A stretch of DNA of 64,000 bases from Saccharofermentans sp. (GCA_024692235.1 JAILMW010000038.1:4987-68986), one strand, 5' to 3'; counted from the stretch's first letter, positions 39,202 to 49,810 are shown. Numbers and translations: made by a program. Notes: a model not told the origin generated them from the letters alone.

Positions 39202-40305
39202 TCAGTCGGCAAACTCCGTGTGGTTCTTGCCGCTGTTCTTACCCTTGTAAAGTCTGGCATCTGCCTTGGTGATCATATTGTCGACGGATGTGTCCTTGAC
39301 GCCTTCGCATATACCTATGGTCATGGTGACCGAGAAGGTTCTGCCTTCATGTTCGAATACTCTGCCGGAGATAATCTTCAAGATCTTATCTGCGATCATA
39401 CGTCCTGCCTCTATATCCGTATCGGGGAGCACGAAGAGGAATTCCTCACCACCCCATCTTCCTGCGGTGGCGTTGTCGGGAAGAGTCTCTTCTATTGCAT
39501 TTGCAATGCCTTTAAGGACCACGTCACCCATGTCGTGACCGTAAGTGTCGTTTACTACCTTGAAGTTATCGATATCTCCTATACCTATGACGTACTTCTC
39601 GGAGCTTATGGATACTTCCGCCAGCTTAAGGTTCATGGCGCGGCGGTTATTGAGCTTAGTCAGAGGATCTGTCGAAGCCATATCCTTGAGCTGCTTAGTC
39701 TGCATACGAAGCTTACTCTCGTTATAGGAATTCATTATGGTGAAGATGATGGAGATATAGATCAGTACGAAGGATCCTACGATGATGTTGATGATGTAGA
39801 AGATCATCTGGTAGGAGGTACTGCTTATGTCATATACAATGTGTTCTGAATTGTAGCAGAAGAAATTCAGTGCTCCGTACAAAGGAACGTTTACGAAGAG
39901 CACTATGAACGGTGCCGGCTTATATTTGTTGGGCATAAGAAATGCCAGGGGGATAAGCATCAGAAGGAACATTGCGAAGTTAGACTGTAATCCCACACAC
40001 ATAGTAGCCGCTACCGCATGGGCGATGATCTCGGCGATGGTAGCGTATACAAGAAGGTTCTTATCTTTGACTTTCTTGGTCAGAGGGATCAGTACGGCGT
40101 AGAATGAGACACTGAAGACATTGAAGATGACCATTATCTTGGCTCCTGCCATGGCAAAGAGCATCAGATAGCAGATATGTGCTACGAGACAGGCAATGAA
40201 GGCACAGAAATAAAGAAGAAATTCCAACCTCGGAGATATTGCCTTATCGATCTTGGATACAAATTTCAGATCTTTGTTGTACTGTTCTTCGTTATACATA
40301 AGCAC
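39202..40305 (-). CDS. Membrane diguanylate cyclase (GGDEF)
   Basis: About 6 TM; DPLTKL.NRR, DIDNFK.VNDTYGH..GD and RWGGEEF. Confidence 0.92.
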   Translation of the reverse strand: MLMYNEEQYNKDLKFVSKIDKAISPRLEFLLYFCAFIACLVAHICYLMLFAMAGAKIMVIFNVFSVSFYAVLIPLTKKVKDKNLLVYATIAEIIAHAVAATMCVGLQSNFAMFLLMLIPLAFLMPNKYKPAPFIVLFVNVPLYGALNFFCYNSEHIVYDISSTSYQMIFYIINIIVGSFVLIYISIIFTIMNSYNESKLRMQTKQLKDMASTDPLTKLNNRRAMNLKLAEVSISSEKYVIGIGDIDNFKVVNDTYGHDMGDVVLKGIANAIEETLPDNATAGRWGGEEFLFVLPDTDIEAGRMIADKILKIISGRVFEHEGRTFSVTMTIGICEGVKDTSVDNMITKADARLYKGKNSGKNHTEFAD

Positions 40306-40511
40306 TCTACTTCTAAGAAACTAAGTGTGGTCGCCTACAGATGGATTATAGCATGTAGTCTGTAAACCATATGTTTCCAAATGGGAAACTTGATGTATAC
40401 TTGTGAATATTGAAGCTCCTGTGACAAAAATGTTGGAAATTTGATACCGGAAGTCATGTGAGCGTGATAAATTACTGCAACCCGGTTAAGTAGTGTTCCG
40501 GAGGATAGATA

Positions 40512-42035
40512 ATGCTTGAATTAGGTTTTTCATATATAGGCGTCTTGTGGCTTGTTATGCTGTTCGTACCTAATATCTTATGGACGAAGAGAAAGCCGTC
40601 AGGCTATGAGGAGTATGCTCTCCGCGAGAATAAGATACTCGTTATCTTCGAACGTATCGGCGAAATGCTTACTATGGTATCAGCGGTCTTATTTAAGACC
40701 AACAATATCCGCACGGGTTCGGTGTGGTTATTCTGGCTTGTTTTGTCGTTTGTATTGATGGTCATCTATGAGATCTATTGGGTAAGATACTTCAGGAGCG
40801 CTCGTACCATGGCGGATATGTACAGTTCCTGCTTCGGTATTCCCGTAGCAGGCGCCACATGCCCCGTATTGGCATTCCTCTTTCTTGGTATATACGGATC
40901 TAATATACTCCTTATCGTATCTTCGGCGATACTGGGTATCGGTCATATAGGTATACATCTCGGGCATTATAAGGAAGCTGCAAGGAAGGCTTACCGACCC
41001 TCTTTCCGTCAGAAGGTATTTACCTCTTTGTTAATACTCTTGCTCCTTCCCGTTATCGTATGTATATCTATCCGTAACTATGATCAGGTCACGGACCCTG
41101 CTGCTATACGTGAATCTTTATATGTTGATATCGGAGGGCAAGAGCAATATCTCCTTATAAGGGGAACATCTGAGGAGAACCCCGTAATTCTTTATCTTCA
41201 CGGTGGCCCCGGAAGCCCCGATGCATGCATGTCTCCTGCATTTACCGACTATCTTATCGATGACTATACGGTAGTATGCTGGGACCAGCGAGGATGTGGC
41301 AGGACATATCTTCATAACGATGACAGGAATAATTCGACCGTATCCTTCGATAATGCCATCTCAGATCTTGGCGAAGTAATATCTTATCTTCAGGGACGCT
41401 TCGGTCAGGAGAAGATCATACTTATGGGCCATTCCTACGGATCTGTACTTGGTGCCTCTTATACTTATGAGCACCCTGAAGATATCGAGGCTTTCATAGG
41501 TATAGGACAGTTCGTCAACTGGAAGGCATCTTCTATGGCGGAGTACGACGAAGCATATGAAAGAGCAGTTGAAGCGGGAGATGATACTTCCGAGATGACT
41601 GCCGCTTATAACGAGATGGTAGAGAATGATTCATTCGAAGCATCCATGGAGATGAGCAGATATACAGGCAAGTACTTAGAGGCATCTTATAACGGCAATA
41701 CCATATTGGCGGCACTGTTCTCGCCCTATATGACTTCGGATGACTTTATGTGGGTTACAAAGATATTAAGCTTTGAGAGATTCATGGAGTACGAAGGTCC
41801 TCTTATGGACTATATAAACAGCGTAGATCTTCGTGAGGATATTCCCTCCTTCGAAGTTCCCGTTCTCTTTATAAGCGGAGGCTGTGACTATAACTGTACT
41901 TACACGGTAGCAGAAGAGTATGCGCGTTCCTGCGGAGCCGAGATGTATATCATCGACGGTGCCGATCACTATTGTCATGCTGCATGTCCGGAGGAGTTCT
42001 CAAGTGCCGTTAAGGACTTTCTGTCGGAGGAGTGA
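40512..42035 (+). CDS. Membrane domain fused to an alpha/beta hydrolase (proline iminopeptidase-like)
   Basis: N-terminal 5-6 TM; LHGGPG, WDQRGCG, GHSYG, G..D and H. Confidence 0.85.
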   Translation: MLELGFSYIGVLWLVMLFVPNILWTKRKPSGYEEYALRENKILVIFERIGEMLTMVSAVLFKTNNIRTGSVWLFWLVLSFVLMVIYEIYWVRYFRSARTMADMYSSCFGIPVAGATCPVLAFLFLGIYGSNILLIVSSAILGIGHIGIHLGHYKEAARKAYRPSFRQKVFTSLLILLLLPVIVCISIRNYDQVTDPAAIRESLYVDIGGQEQYLLIRGTSEENPVILYLHGGPGSPDACMSPAFTDYLIDDYTVVCWDQRGCGRTYLHNDDRNNSTVSFDNAISDLGEVISYLQGRFGQEKIILMGHSYGSVLGASYTYEHPEDIEAFIGIGQFVNWKASSMAEYDEAYERAVEAGDDTSEMTAAYNEMVENDSFEASMEMSRYTGKYLEASYNGNTILAALFSPYMTSDDFMWVTKILSFERFMEYEGPLMDYINSVDLREDIPSFEVPVLFISGGCDYNCTYTVAEEYARSCGAEMYIIDGADHYCHAACPEEFSSAVKDFLSEE

Positions 42036-42077
42036 TAGAATGTTATCACTTTTGAGGATAAAGTCGGAGGCGTACTT

Positions 42078-42464
42078 ATGACACCTGATAGGATAAGAGA
42101 GTATTTCGCGAGAGACAGATATGCCGCACTTACGGGTATTGAGATATTAGAGGTGCGCGAGGGTTATGCCAGGACGCATCTTAAGGTGGAGGATAAGCAC
42201 CTTAACGGCAATAATGTAGTCATGGGCGGCTGCATATATACGATGGCCGATTTTACTTTCGCGCTGGCGGCTAACTGCGGTGACTCCGAGTCCATTACTC
42301 TTAATTCAAGCATCGTCTTCAACAGCCCCGCTTCAGGCAAGGATCTTTATGCGGAGACAGAAGTTATTAAGAACGGCAGGAGCGTATGTAATTTCCTGGT
42401 AAGAGTAAGTGACGAGAAGGGAAGGACGATCGCCACGGCCACCATGGTCGGATACAGGACTTGA
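42078..42464 (+). CDS. PaaI family hotdog-fold thioesterase
   Basis: HLN...VMGG.IYTMAD motif. Confidence 0.88.
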   Translation: MTPDRIREYFARDRYAALTGIEILEVREGYARTHLKVEDKHLNGNNVVMGGCIYTMADFTFALAANCGDSESITLNSSIVFNSPASGKDLYAETEVIKNGRSVCNFLVRVSDEKGRTIATATMVGYRT

Positions 42465-42489
42465 CCGTATAAGAGGGCTGTAGTAAGAT
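42461..42489 (+). promoter_or_regulatory. sigmaA-type promoter of the ABC-F gene
   Basis: TTGACC-N17-TAAGAT. Confidence 0.65.
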
Positions 42490-42521
42490 GAGCCCAACAT
42501 TTAAGTACAGGAGGAACACCG

Positions 42522-42542
42522 ATGAAGAAGACATTCTGCTAA
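42522..42542 (+). CDS. Leader peptide MKKTFC (uORF of a ribosome-dependent attenuator)
   Basis: AGGAGG RBS, ATG AAG AAG ACA TTC TGC TAA, upstream of a terminator and an ABC-F gene. Confidence 0.7.
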   Translation: MKKTFC

Positions 42543-42607
42543 TAGTTTTATACTGCCTGCGGAGAGTCTTTTAACGTGTTCTTTTTTATATCTTTACGGA
42601 ACTTTCT

Positions 42608-42632
42608 GCCACGGTATCTGCCGTGGCTTTTT
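42608..42632 (+). terminator. Attenuator terminator in the ABC-F leader
   Basis: GCCACGG-TATCTG-CCGTGGC-TTTTT about 30 nt before the start codon. Confidence 0.75.
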
Positions 42633-42665
42633 GGTCCTCCAAGGGCATATCTTGAGGAGGAATAA

Positions 42666-44132
42666 ATGGCTTTAATAAACATACGAGATCTTAAGTTCGG
42701 ATACGACGGCAGCGATACGCTTCTTTTTGATGGTATCAGCATCGGAATAGATACCGAGTGGAAGCTGGCTCTTGCAGGACGTAACGGAAGAGGCAAGACT
42801 ACTTTCTTTAAGCTCCTTCAGGGACAGCTTCAGTACGAAGGTACCATCACGGGTGTGCCTCATGTAGTAACGTTTCCCTGTGATGAGATATCTCTTGATG
42901 AAGAGTGGAAGATACGAAAAGAACTTAATCTCATGAATACAGACCCGGATATCGTCTACAGACCTTTGGATACATTGTCCGGCGGAGAGAGGACTAAGCT
43001 CATGCTGGCGTACCTTTTCTCGGATGAGATGAACTACCCGCTTATAGACGAGCCTACTAATCACTTAGATCAGGAGGGAAGAGAAGCATTGGCTTCTTAT
43101 CTTGCTTCCAAGGACGGCTTTATAGTCATATCTCACGACAGGCATTTCCTTGATATGTGTACGGACCATACTCTTATGATCACTAAGACGGGAGTAGAGC
43201 TTACGGCTTCTTCTTTCTCTACATGGTGGGACAATAACGAGAAGCGCATGCAGGGAGAAGCGGAGAGGAACGAGCAGCTTCGAAAGGAAATAGGTAAGCT
43301 CGATATAGCCATGAAGAAGAATGCCGCATGGTCAGCAAAAGCAGAGAGATCCAAGAACAGAGCTCATGCTTCTTCCAAAGTTCAGGAAGATCACTTCAGA
43401 AGAGCATACGAGGGCAAGAAAGCTTCTAAGCTTATGTCTCTTGCCAAGAACCTTGAAGACAGGAACGAGCGCAAGATGGAAGAGAAGAAAGGCCTTCTTA
43501 AGGATCTGGAGAAGTCTGAGAGATTGAAGATAACAGGTACTACTCATCACAACAAGACTCCGATCATCCTTAAAGATCTTGTCATAAAACGTGACGGATT
43601 TGAGATAGCAGGTCCCTTGTCTCTCACTGTGGAGCAGGGCGAGAAGATAAGGATCAAAGGTCCTAACGGCTGCGGTAAGAGTACCCTTCTGAAGTTCATC
43701 GCAGGGCAGGAGAAGGAATCCATAACAGGAGAAGGAGATATCTATATGGCGCCCGGTCTTAAGATATCCTTCGTAAGTCAGGATACGGAAAACCTTAAGG
43801 GGACAATAGGCGACATAGCGGCGCAGCGCGGATGCGACAAGACTCAGTTCAGCACGATCTTAGTCAAGATGGGCCTTGATAAGGACTTATTATATTCGGA
43901 TATATCAACATTTTCTCTGGGGCAGAAGAAGTTCGTGGCAACGGCTCTAAGCCTTTGTGAGAAAGCTGATATCTATATCTGGGACGAGCCTTTGAACTTC
44001 ATTGATATATACCTTCGAGAGGAGATACAAAGGCTTGTTACGGAAAGTGATATAACACTTATTTTTGTCGAGCACGATCAGGCTTTCTCGGAGGCTGTTG
44101 CAACCGGGGAAGTGGTTTTGCCTCTTTTTTGA
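42666..44132 (+). CDS. ABC-F ribosomal protection protein, Lsa/CplR-like
   Basis: Two ABC domains, no TM; N-terminus F.YD....LFD....IDT.WKL.L.GRNGRGKTT as in the Lsa family; LSGGE, DEPTNHLD and WDEPLN.ID. Confidence 0.85.
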   Translation: MALINIRDLKFGYDGSDTLLFDGISIGIDTEWKLALAGRNGRGKTTFFKLLQGQLQYEGTITGVPHVVTFPCDEISLDEEWKIRKELNLMNTDPDIVYRPLDTLSGGERTKLMLAYLFSDEMNYPLIDEPTNHLDQEGREALASYLASKDGFIVISHDRHFLDMCTDHTLMITKTGVELTASSFSTWWDNNEKRMQGEAERNEQLRKEIGKLDIAMKKNAAWSAKAERSKNRAHASSKVQEDHFRRAYEGKKASKLMSLAKNLEDRNERKMEEKKGLLKDLEKSERLKITGTTHHNKTPIILKDLVIKRDGFEIAGPLSLTVEQGEKIRIKGPNGCGKSTLLKFIAGQEKESITGEGDIYMAPGLKISFVSQDTENLKGTIGDIAAQRGCDKTQFSTILVKMGLDKDLLYSDISTFSLGQKKFVATALSLCEKADIYIWDEPLNFIDIYLREEIQRLVTESDITLIFVEHDQAFSEAVATGEVVLPLF

Positions 44133-44233
44133 CTATTATGAGATCTCTTTGGGCTATATAATTGTAACAAGACGGTTATACACTTGAAGCAGGCTTGTTG
44201 CATCCCTGGTGTAGAATCCGTATAGGTGAGACT

Positions 44234-45502
44234 ATGAAGAGATTTGATAACAAAGCATTGAGAGCGTTGCTCTCCATTATCGTAAGTGCGTCGGTCGCAG
44301 TTCCGATCCTTACTCTTCCCCTGGGAACAAGAGACGGTATAAGTCCTGCTCTTAAGGTGCGCAGAGCCTATGCGGCAACTTTCCCTGAAGAAGATGTCGA
44401 AAACGAGGAAGTAGTACCTCCTCAGGAGATCGAAGTAGACGAGAATATCGCTAACGGTGGTACTATCTCAGCTACATATACCGACGGATACGACCCTTCC
44501 GGTAATTCCGGAACGTATAGTGATGTACAGACATATACCGTATATCAGCAGTTCGATCAGTCGGGCCTGAAGGTAGAGCTTTTGGATCCCATGTATTTTG
44601 CAGAGGATTACACTACGTTCTACATTATGTATCCCGATACCATCATCAAGGAAGAGCCTTATATGGATTCCATAACACTGGCTCAGGTACCCGTCGGTGA
44701 AGGTGTACAGAGGATCGCAGTAGGTGACAGCTGGTCCAAGATCGAGACGCGTGACGGTATAGTCGGATATGTTCTTACTGAGTCACTTTCCATAGATATG
44801 GTATGGCAGGATATTGACAGAACAGTATGGGTAGACTGTGACAGCCTTATCCTTCGTTCAGGTCCCGATACATCCTACGATATGGTCGCAACTCTCTATA
44901 GAGACGACAGGCTTCGCTGTATCGCTATAGCTGATAAATGGTTCAAGGTAATAACGGAAGACGGCGTCGAGGGTTATGTATATACTTCGTTCACGACAGA
45001 GACACCTCCCCCGACTCCTACTCCCACACCTACTCCCATCCCGCCTCAGAATAACGGCGGCGGCGGCGGTGGAGGAGGAAGCTCCTCCGGAGGCGGTACC
45101 AACTACAATCAGGTAGTCGGCGGTACTTACGAGAACGTAGGTAATAACGGACAGACCATCGCCAATATCGCACAGTCGATGCTCGGCGTATCTTATGTAT
45201 GGGGTGCCAGCTCCGCTTCCGCGGTAGACTGTTCCGGCCTTGTCTGCTACTGCTATAATCAGCTCGGCGTATCGTTGCCGCACCAGTCACAGTCGCTTTG
45301 CAGCGTAGGAGTTCCCGTAGCTCGTGAAGACGTACAGCCCGGTGACATCGTCTGCTGGGATACAGGAGGAGGATACTGCGGACACGTCGGTATCTACATC
45401 GGCGGCGGACAGTGTATCGATGCCAGAGGCCGTGCATACGGCGTTGTCTGGGGCGACATCGACAGACATCCTATCGTTACGATACGAAGGATATTCGTCT
45501 GA
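44234..45502 (+). CDS. NlpC/P60 (C40) cell-wall peptidase with SH3b domains
   Basis: Signal/anchor, two SH3b-like segments (W.KI....GYV), PT/G linker, YVWG, DCSG and GHVGIYIG. Confidence 0.92.
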   Translation: MKRFDNKALRALLSIIVSASVAVPILTLPLGTRDGISPALKVRRAYAATFPEEDVENEEVVPPQEIEVDENIANGGTISATYTDGYDPSGNSGTYSDVQTYTVYQQFDQSGLKVELLDPMYFAEDYTTFYIMYPDTIIKEEPYMDSITLAQVPVGEGVQRIAVGDSWSKIETRDGIVGYVLTESLSIDMVWQDIDRTVWVDCDSLILRSGPDTSYDMVATLYRDDRLRCIAIADKWFKVITEDGVEGYVYTSFTTETPPPTPTPTPTPIPPQNNGGGGGGGGSSSGGGTNYNQVVGGTYENVGNNGQTIANIAQSMLGVSYVWGASSASAVDCSGLVCYCYNQLGVSLPHQSQSLCSVGVPVAREDVQPGDIVCWDTGGGYCGHVGIYIGGGQCIDARGRAYGVVWGDIDRHPIVTIRRIFV

Positions 45503-45516
45503 CAGATAAGAGATAT

Positions 45517-45554
45517 AAAGATCGGCGGTCTTAAGGGATCGCCGATCTTTTTTT
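45517..45554 (+). terminator. Intrinsic terminator
   Basis: AAAGATCGGCGGTC...GATCGCCGATCTTTTTTT. Confidence 0.85.
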
Positions 45555-45615
45555 GTGCGAGAATAAATGTTCTTTTCTTGCTGACATTAAAAATTCCGGC
45601 GCGTATTATATATAT

Positions 45616-45690
45616 GTAAGAATCATTCTTACAGAGGCTGGTCTTCGGATCTGGTCTCGCCGTAGACGGGAGCAACTCCCGTCATTTTTA
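45616..45690 (+). ncRNA. Candidate ~75-nt small RNA
   Basis: Promoter CTGACA-N17-TATTAT (45581-45609), three consecutive hairpins including a C(UUCG)G loop, ending in a terminator. Confidence 0.5.
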
Positions 45691-45765
45691 TTTTCTGGAG
45701 ATTATGTTGTGAATCAGCTTAGTGTATTTATAGATGTTTGACTATATACCGTGTGCCTGATGAAT

Positions 45766-45797
45766 AAAAAGAACCGCCGACTGATGTCGACGGTTCT
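45766..45797 (-). terminator. leuS terminator
   Basis: AGAACCGCCGAC / GTCGACGGTTCT stem with an A-tract (U-tail on the minus strand). Confidence 0.75.
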
Positions 45798-45821
45798 CCT
45801 TGTTTTATCTTGTCTTTAAGA

Positions 45822-48302
45822 TCACTTTGCAACGATGTTTGCAAGGCGTCCCTTTACATAAATGAACTTCACTATGTTTCTTCCGGCAAGAGCCTTCTCG
45901 AGTCTCTCGTCAGCCTTGACCTGAGCTTCAACTGCTGCCTGATCTGCGTCGGCGGGAATGTCTACCTTGAACATTACCTTACCGTTGATCTGAACAGCGA
46001 TCTCGATCTCATCCTTAACGAGTGCGGACTCGTCGAAGGAAGGCCACTTCTGGTTGAAGATGGAGTATTCGTTGCCGAATGTCTCACACCAGATCTCCTC
46101 TGTCATGTGAGGAGCGAAGGGACTTAAGAGGAGGATCAACTTCTCTGCCGCATAACGTACGAGCTGAGGCTTAGCATTTGCTAACTGCTGGTACTTGTTG
46201 ATAGCATTTATAAGTTCCATCATACGTGCAACGGAAGTGTTGAACTGGAATCTGTCGATATCAAATGTTGCACTCTTTATGGTGTAGTTAAGAACGTAGT
46301 TAAGTTCCTTCTCATCCTTGCCCATCTCGATCTTGGAGATGTCGGAATCCTTGATGGAAGATACGTCCTCAGCAAGCTTCTCTACACGACGTGTGAACTT
46401 CAGGATTGCCTGGATACCGTCATCGTTCCAGGGACCGCCCTCCGTGTATGCAAAACCGAATGCAAGGTATGTTCTGAATACGTCGGAACCGTGCTTGGCA
46501 ACATACTCGTCGGGAGCAACCGTATTACCTCTGGACTTACTCATCCTGTTACCGTCGGGGCCTAAGATGATACCCTGGTGAACAAGGCTCTTGAAGGGCT
46601 CGTCGAAGTCGATAAGACCCATGTCTCTCATTGCCTTACAGATGAATCTTGCATAGAGAAGATGCATTGCAGCATGCTCGGGACCGCCGACATACTTATC
46701 TACGGGAAGGAGCTTCTTGATCTTTTCCTTGTCGAAGATCTCATCGTTATTCTTGTTATCGGGATAACGGAACTCGTACCAGGAAGAGTCAACGAATGTA
46801 TCCATCGTATCGGGATCTCTCTTAGCATCGCCGCCGCACTTGGGGCACTTGCAGTTCATGAATGAATCACACTTTGCAAGAGGAGATTCTCCGTCAGGTG
46901 TGAACTCTACGTCGTAGGGAAGAAGGACGGGAAGATCCTTCTCGGGAACGGGTACAACACCGCACTTTTCACAGTGGATCATGGGGATAGGTGTACCCCA
47001 GTATCTCTGTCTGGAGATGAGCCAGTCACGAAGTCTGTAGTTGACTGTCTTATGTCCCATGCCCATAGTAGCAAGCTTGTTGACGATAGCGTCTATAGCA
47101 GCGTGCATTTCGATGCCGTTGAACTCATCGGAATTAACAAGGATACCCTTCTTCTCGCAGTAGGGAAGCTCGTCTTCTGCGCCTTCCTTGGAAGCGACTA
47201 CTCTGATGATATCAAGGCCGAACTTTGTAGCGAATTCAAAGTCTCTCTCATCGTGTGCGGGAACTGCCATTACGACACCCGTACCGTATGCAGCGATAAC
47301 ATAATCCGATGTCCAGATAGGTACCTTTCTTCCGTTCAGGGGATGGATGGCATAAGATCCTGTGAAGACACCTGTCTTCTCTCTTGTAGTGGACATACGG
47401 TCGATATCGGATGCCTTTGAAGTGAAGAGCTTGTAGTCATCGACTGCAGCCTTGCACTCGTCTGTTGTAAGCTTGCTGCAAAGCTCTGATTCGGGAGCTA
47501 CTACTACGTATGTAACACCCATGAATGTATCAGCTCTTGTTGTGAATACTTCAAGCTTAAGAGGATCGCCGTTCTCGTCCTTTAAGATCTCGCCGTCCTT
47601 CTCGACGGTGAAGGCAACCTGAGAACCTTCGGATCTTCCGATCCAGTTGGTCTGGATCTTTTTTGTCTTCTCGGGCCAGTCGAGGTCGGGCAGGCAGTCA
47701 AGAAGTTCCTGTGCATAGTCTGTGATCTTGAAGAACCACTGAGTCATGTTCTTCTTAACTACTTCGCTGTCGCATCTCTCGCACTTGCCGTCGATTACCT
47801 GCTCGTTTGCAAGTACCGTCTTACACTTATCGCACCAGTTAACGGGTGCGTTCTTTCTATAGGCAAGACCCTTGTTGTAGAGCTGGATGAAGAGCCACTG
47901 GTTCCACTTGTAGTATTCGGGAGTACAAGTAGCAAGCTCGTAGTCCCAGTCAAAAGTAGCGCCCATCTCGCGGAGCTGCTTCTCCATTGTCTCTATGTTC
48001 TTGAATGTTGAATCCTGAGGATGGATACCTGTCTTGATAGCATAGTTCTCTGCAGGAAGTCCGAATGCATCGAATCCCATGGGATGGAATACGTTATAAC
48101 CCTGCATCCTCTTCATCCTTGACCATGAATCGGTAAGGGAGTAGTTATACCAGTGTCCGAGGTGAAGGTTGGCACCGGAAGGATAGGAGAACATCTCGAG
48201 GCAGTAGAGCTTCTCACCCTTCTTGTTCGGATCGAACTTGTAAAGGCCGGTGTCGGCCCACTTTTTCTGCCATTTGCGGTCGATATCAACTGAATAAGGC
48301 AT
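45822..48302 (-). CDS. leuS: Leucine--tRNA ligase
   Basis: [55 protein letters not shown] and RMSKS. Confidence 0.98.
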   Translation of the reverse strand: MPYSVDIDRKWQKKWADTGLYKFDPNKKGEKLYCLEMFSYPSGANLHLGHWYNYSLTDSWSRMKRMQGYNVFHPMGFDAFGLPAENYAIKTGIHPQDSTFKNIETMEKQLREMGATFDWDYELATCTPEYYKWNQWLFIQLYNKGLAYRKNAPVNWCDKCKTVLANEQVIDGKCERCDSEVVKKNMTQWFFKITDYAQELLDCLPDLDWPEKTKKIQTNWIGRSEGSQVAFTVEKDGEILKDENGDPLKLEVFTTRADTFMGVTYVVVAPESELCSKLTTDECKAAVDDYKLFTSKASDIDRMSTTREKTGVFTGSYAIHPLNGRKVPIWTSDYVIAAYGTGVVMAVPAHDERDFEFATKFGLDIIRVVASKEGAEDELPYCEKKGILVNSDEFNGIEMHAAIDAIVNKLATMGMGHKTVNYRLRDWLISRQRYWGTPIPMIHCEKCGVVPVPEKDLPVLLPYDVEFTPDGESPLAKCDSFMNCKCPKCGGDAKRDPDTMDTFVDSSWYEFRYPDNKNNDEIFDKEKIKKLLPVDKYVGGPEHAAMHLLYARFICKAMRDMGLIDFDEPFKSLVHQGIILGPDGNRMSKSRGNTVAPDEYVAKHGSDVFRTYLAFGFAYTEGGPWNDDGIQAILKFTRRVEKLAEDVSSIKDSDISKIEMGKDEKELNYVLNYTIKSATFDIDRFQFNTSVARMMELINAINKYQQLANAKPQLVRYAAEKLILLLSPFAPHMTEEIWCETFGNEYSIFNQKWPSFDESALVKDEIEIAVQINGKVMFKVDIPADADQAAVEAQVKADERLEKALAGRNIVKFIYVKGRLANIVAK

Positions 48303-48506
48303 ATATATTAATCCTTTCTTCAAAAATATACTTATTGATTAAACTATAAAATTCTATCACAGCACCATAAGAAATTGAAATATATTTGCAATCTTTTGCC
48401 ACATTAGCTTAATTGATTTATATGAACCTTACGTTATAATAGAATTGTTTTAGAAGGATTTATCAGCGTCTTTTGACGTTTTCTTATATATGAGGTGCAA
48501 TCTAAT

Positions 48507-49520
48507 ATGGGTCTTGGAATGGAAATTGGTATCGATCTCGGTACCAGCAGCGTGTTGATCTATGTCCGCGGAAAGGGTGTTGTTCTTAAGGAACCTTCCG
48601 TAGTAGCAGTTAATAATAAGACAGGTAAAGTACTCGCAGTAGGTGAATCGGCTTCTCTAATGCTCGGCCGTACGCCCGGAGTAGTAGAGGCTATAAGACC
48701 TCTCCGTGAAGGAGTCATCTCCGATTTCAGAGCTACGGAAGTAATGCTCAAGGCGTTTATAGGAAGAGTATGTAACGGCCTTCGTGCCACATACTTTAAG
48801 CCCACTATCGTTGTATGCGTGCCTTCGGTAATCACTCCCGTTGAGCAGCAGGCCGTTGAGAATGCCTGCCGTCATGCAGGTGCAAAGGACGTATTCCTTA
48901 TCCGTGAGCCTATCGCCGCAGCTATCGGTGCAGGTATCGATATCACTAAGGCATGCGGTTCCATGGTAGTAGATATCGGAGGCGGTACTACCGATATCTC
49001 CGTTATCTCTCTTTGTGAGCCCGTTGTAGATGCATCCCTTAAGGTTGCAGGTGACAAGTTCGACGAAGCTATCATCAAGCACGTAAGAAGAAAGCACAAT
49101 ATCCTTATCGGTGAGAAGACAGCCGAGATGCTCAAGATCCAGATCGGTTGTGCATACCCCAGAGACGAGGAGCTTACATTGGACGTTAGAGGAAGAAACC
49201 TGATAACGGGTCTTCCTTCAACTGTTACCGTATCTTCCACTGAGATGCTCGAAGCACTCGAGGAGCCGGTATCATCCATCTTCGAAGCAGTACATGTAGT
49301 ACTTGAGAAGACACCTCCGGAGCTTATGGCTGATATCTCCCAGAGAGGTATCGTAATGACCGGCGGTGGAGCTCTCCTTTACGGTCTCGATCGTATGCTT
49401 GCCACCAAGATCGGTATCGACGTATATATCGCGCAGGATCCCATCTCCTGCGTAGCTATCGGAACAGGTAAGGCATTAGACATGATGGATAAGTTTGCTG
49501 CATTGGGCGATCAGACATAA
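48507..49520 (+). CDS. mreB: Rod shape-determining protein MreB/Mbl
   Basis: IGIDLGT, EPSVVA, RPLREGVI, EPIAAAIGAG, DIGGGTTD and TGGGALL. Confidence 0.92.
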   Translation: MGLGMEIGIDLGTSSVLIYVRGKGVVLKEPSVVAVNNKTGKVLAVGESASLMLGRTPGVVEAIRPLREGVISDFRATEVMLKAFIGRVCNGLRATYFKPTIVVCVPSVITPVEQQAVENACRHAGAKDVFLIREPIAAAIGAGIDITKACGSMVVDIGGGTTDISVISLCEPVVDASLKVAGDKFDEAIIKHVRRKHNILIGEKTAEMLKIQIGCAYPRDEELTLDVRGRNLITGLPSTVTVSSTEMLEALEEPVSSIFEAVHVVLEKTPPELMADISQRGIVMTGGGALLYGLDRMLATKIGIDVYIAQDPISCVAIGTGKALDMMDKFAALGDQT

Positions 49521-49545
49521 ACGGATATCTATATTTTGAACTTAC

Positions 49546-49575
49546 AAGGCATCTGCTTGGAGCAGGTGCCTTTTT
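49546..49575 (+). terminator. Intrinsic terminator
   Basis: AAGGCATCTGCT...AGCAGGTGCCTTTTT. Confidence 0.85.
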
Positions 49576-49690
49576 ATTGTAAGCGAACTTTATGAATGAC
49601 AATTAATACACAGATCCATACAAGAAATGCAACTTTGTGTATGTGTTTGAGTATAGATAAATCAGAGAAAAAAAGCGATTATCTTTACGA

Positions 49691-49719
49691 TTGACTATAT
49701 TAAATCTAAGTGATAATAT
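49691..49719 (+). promoter_or_regulatory. sigmaA-type promoter of rho
   Basis: TTGACT-N17-TAATAT. Confidence 0.55.
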
Positions 49720-49810
49720 CCTTCCAATGGACCGATGATGTGTCCTTTTTATCCCGATTACAATTTATGTTTTGTATTTTGTTAATCCCAATTAATCTAA
49801 TGAGGTATTT

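Noticed and set aside
19877-40511. c-di-GMP riboswitches near the GGDEF/EAL and surface genes
   Set aside because: No GCAAA...GAAA...GACGCAAAG (class I) pattern was found by eye in these intergenic regions.
48303-48500. Expected T-box leader upstream of leuS
   Set aside because: The region is short, AT-rich and shared with the divergent mreB; no T-box (GGTGGNACCGCG) or terminator was seen.
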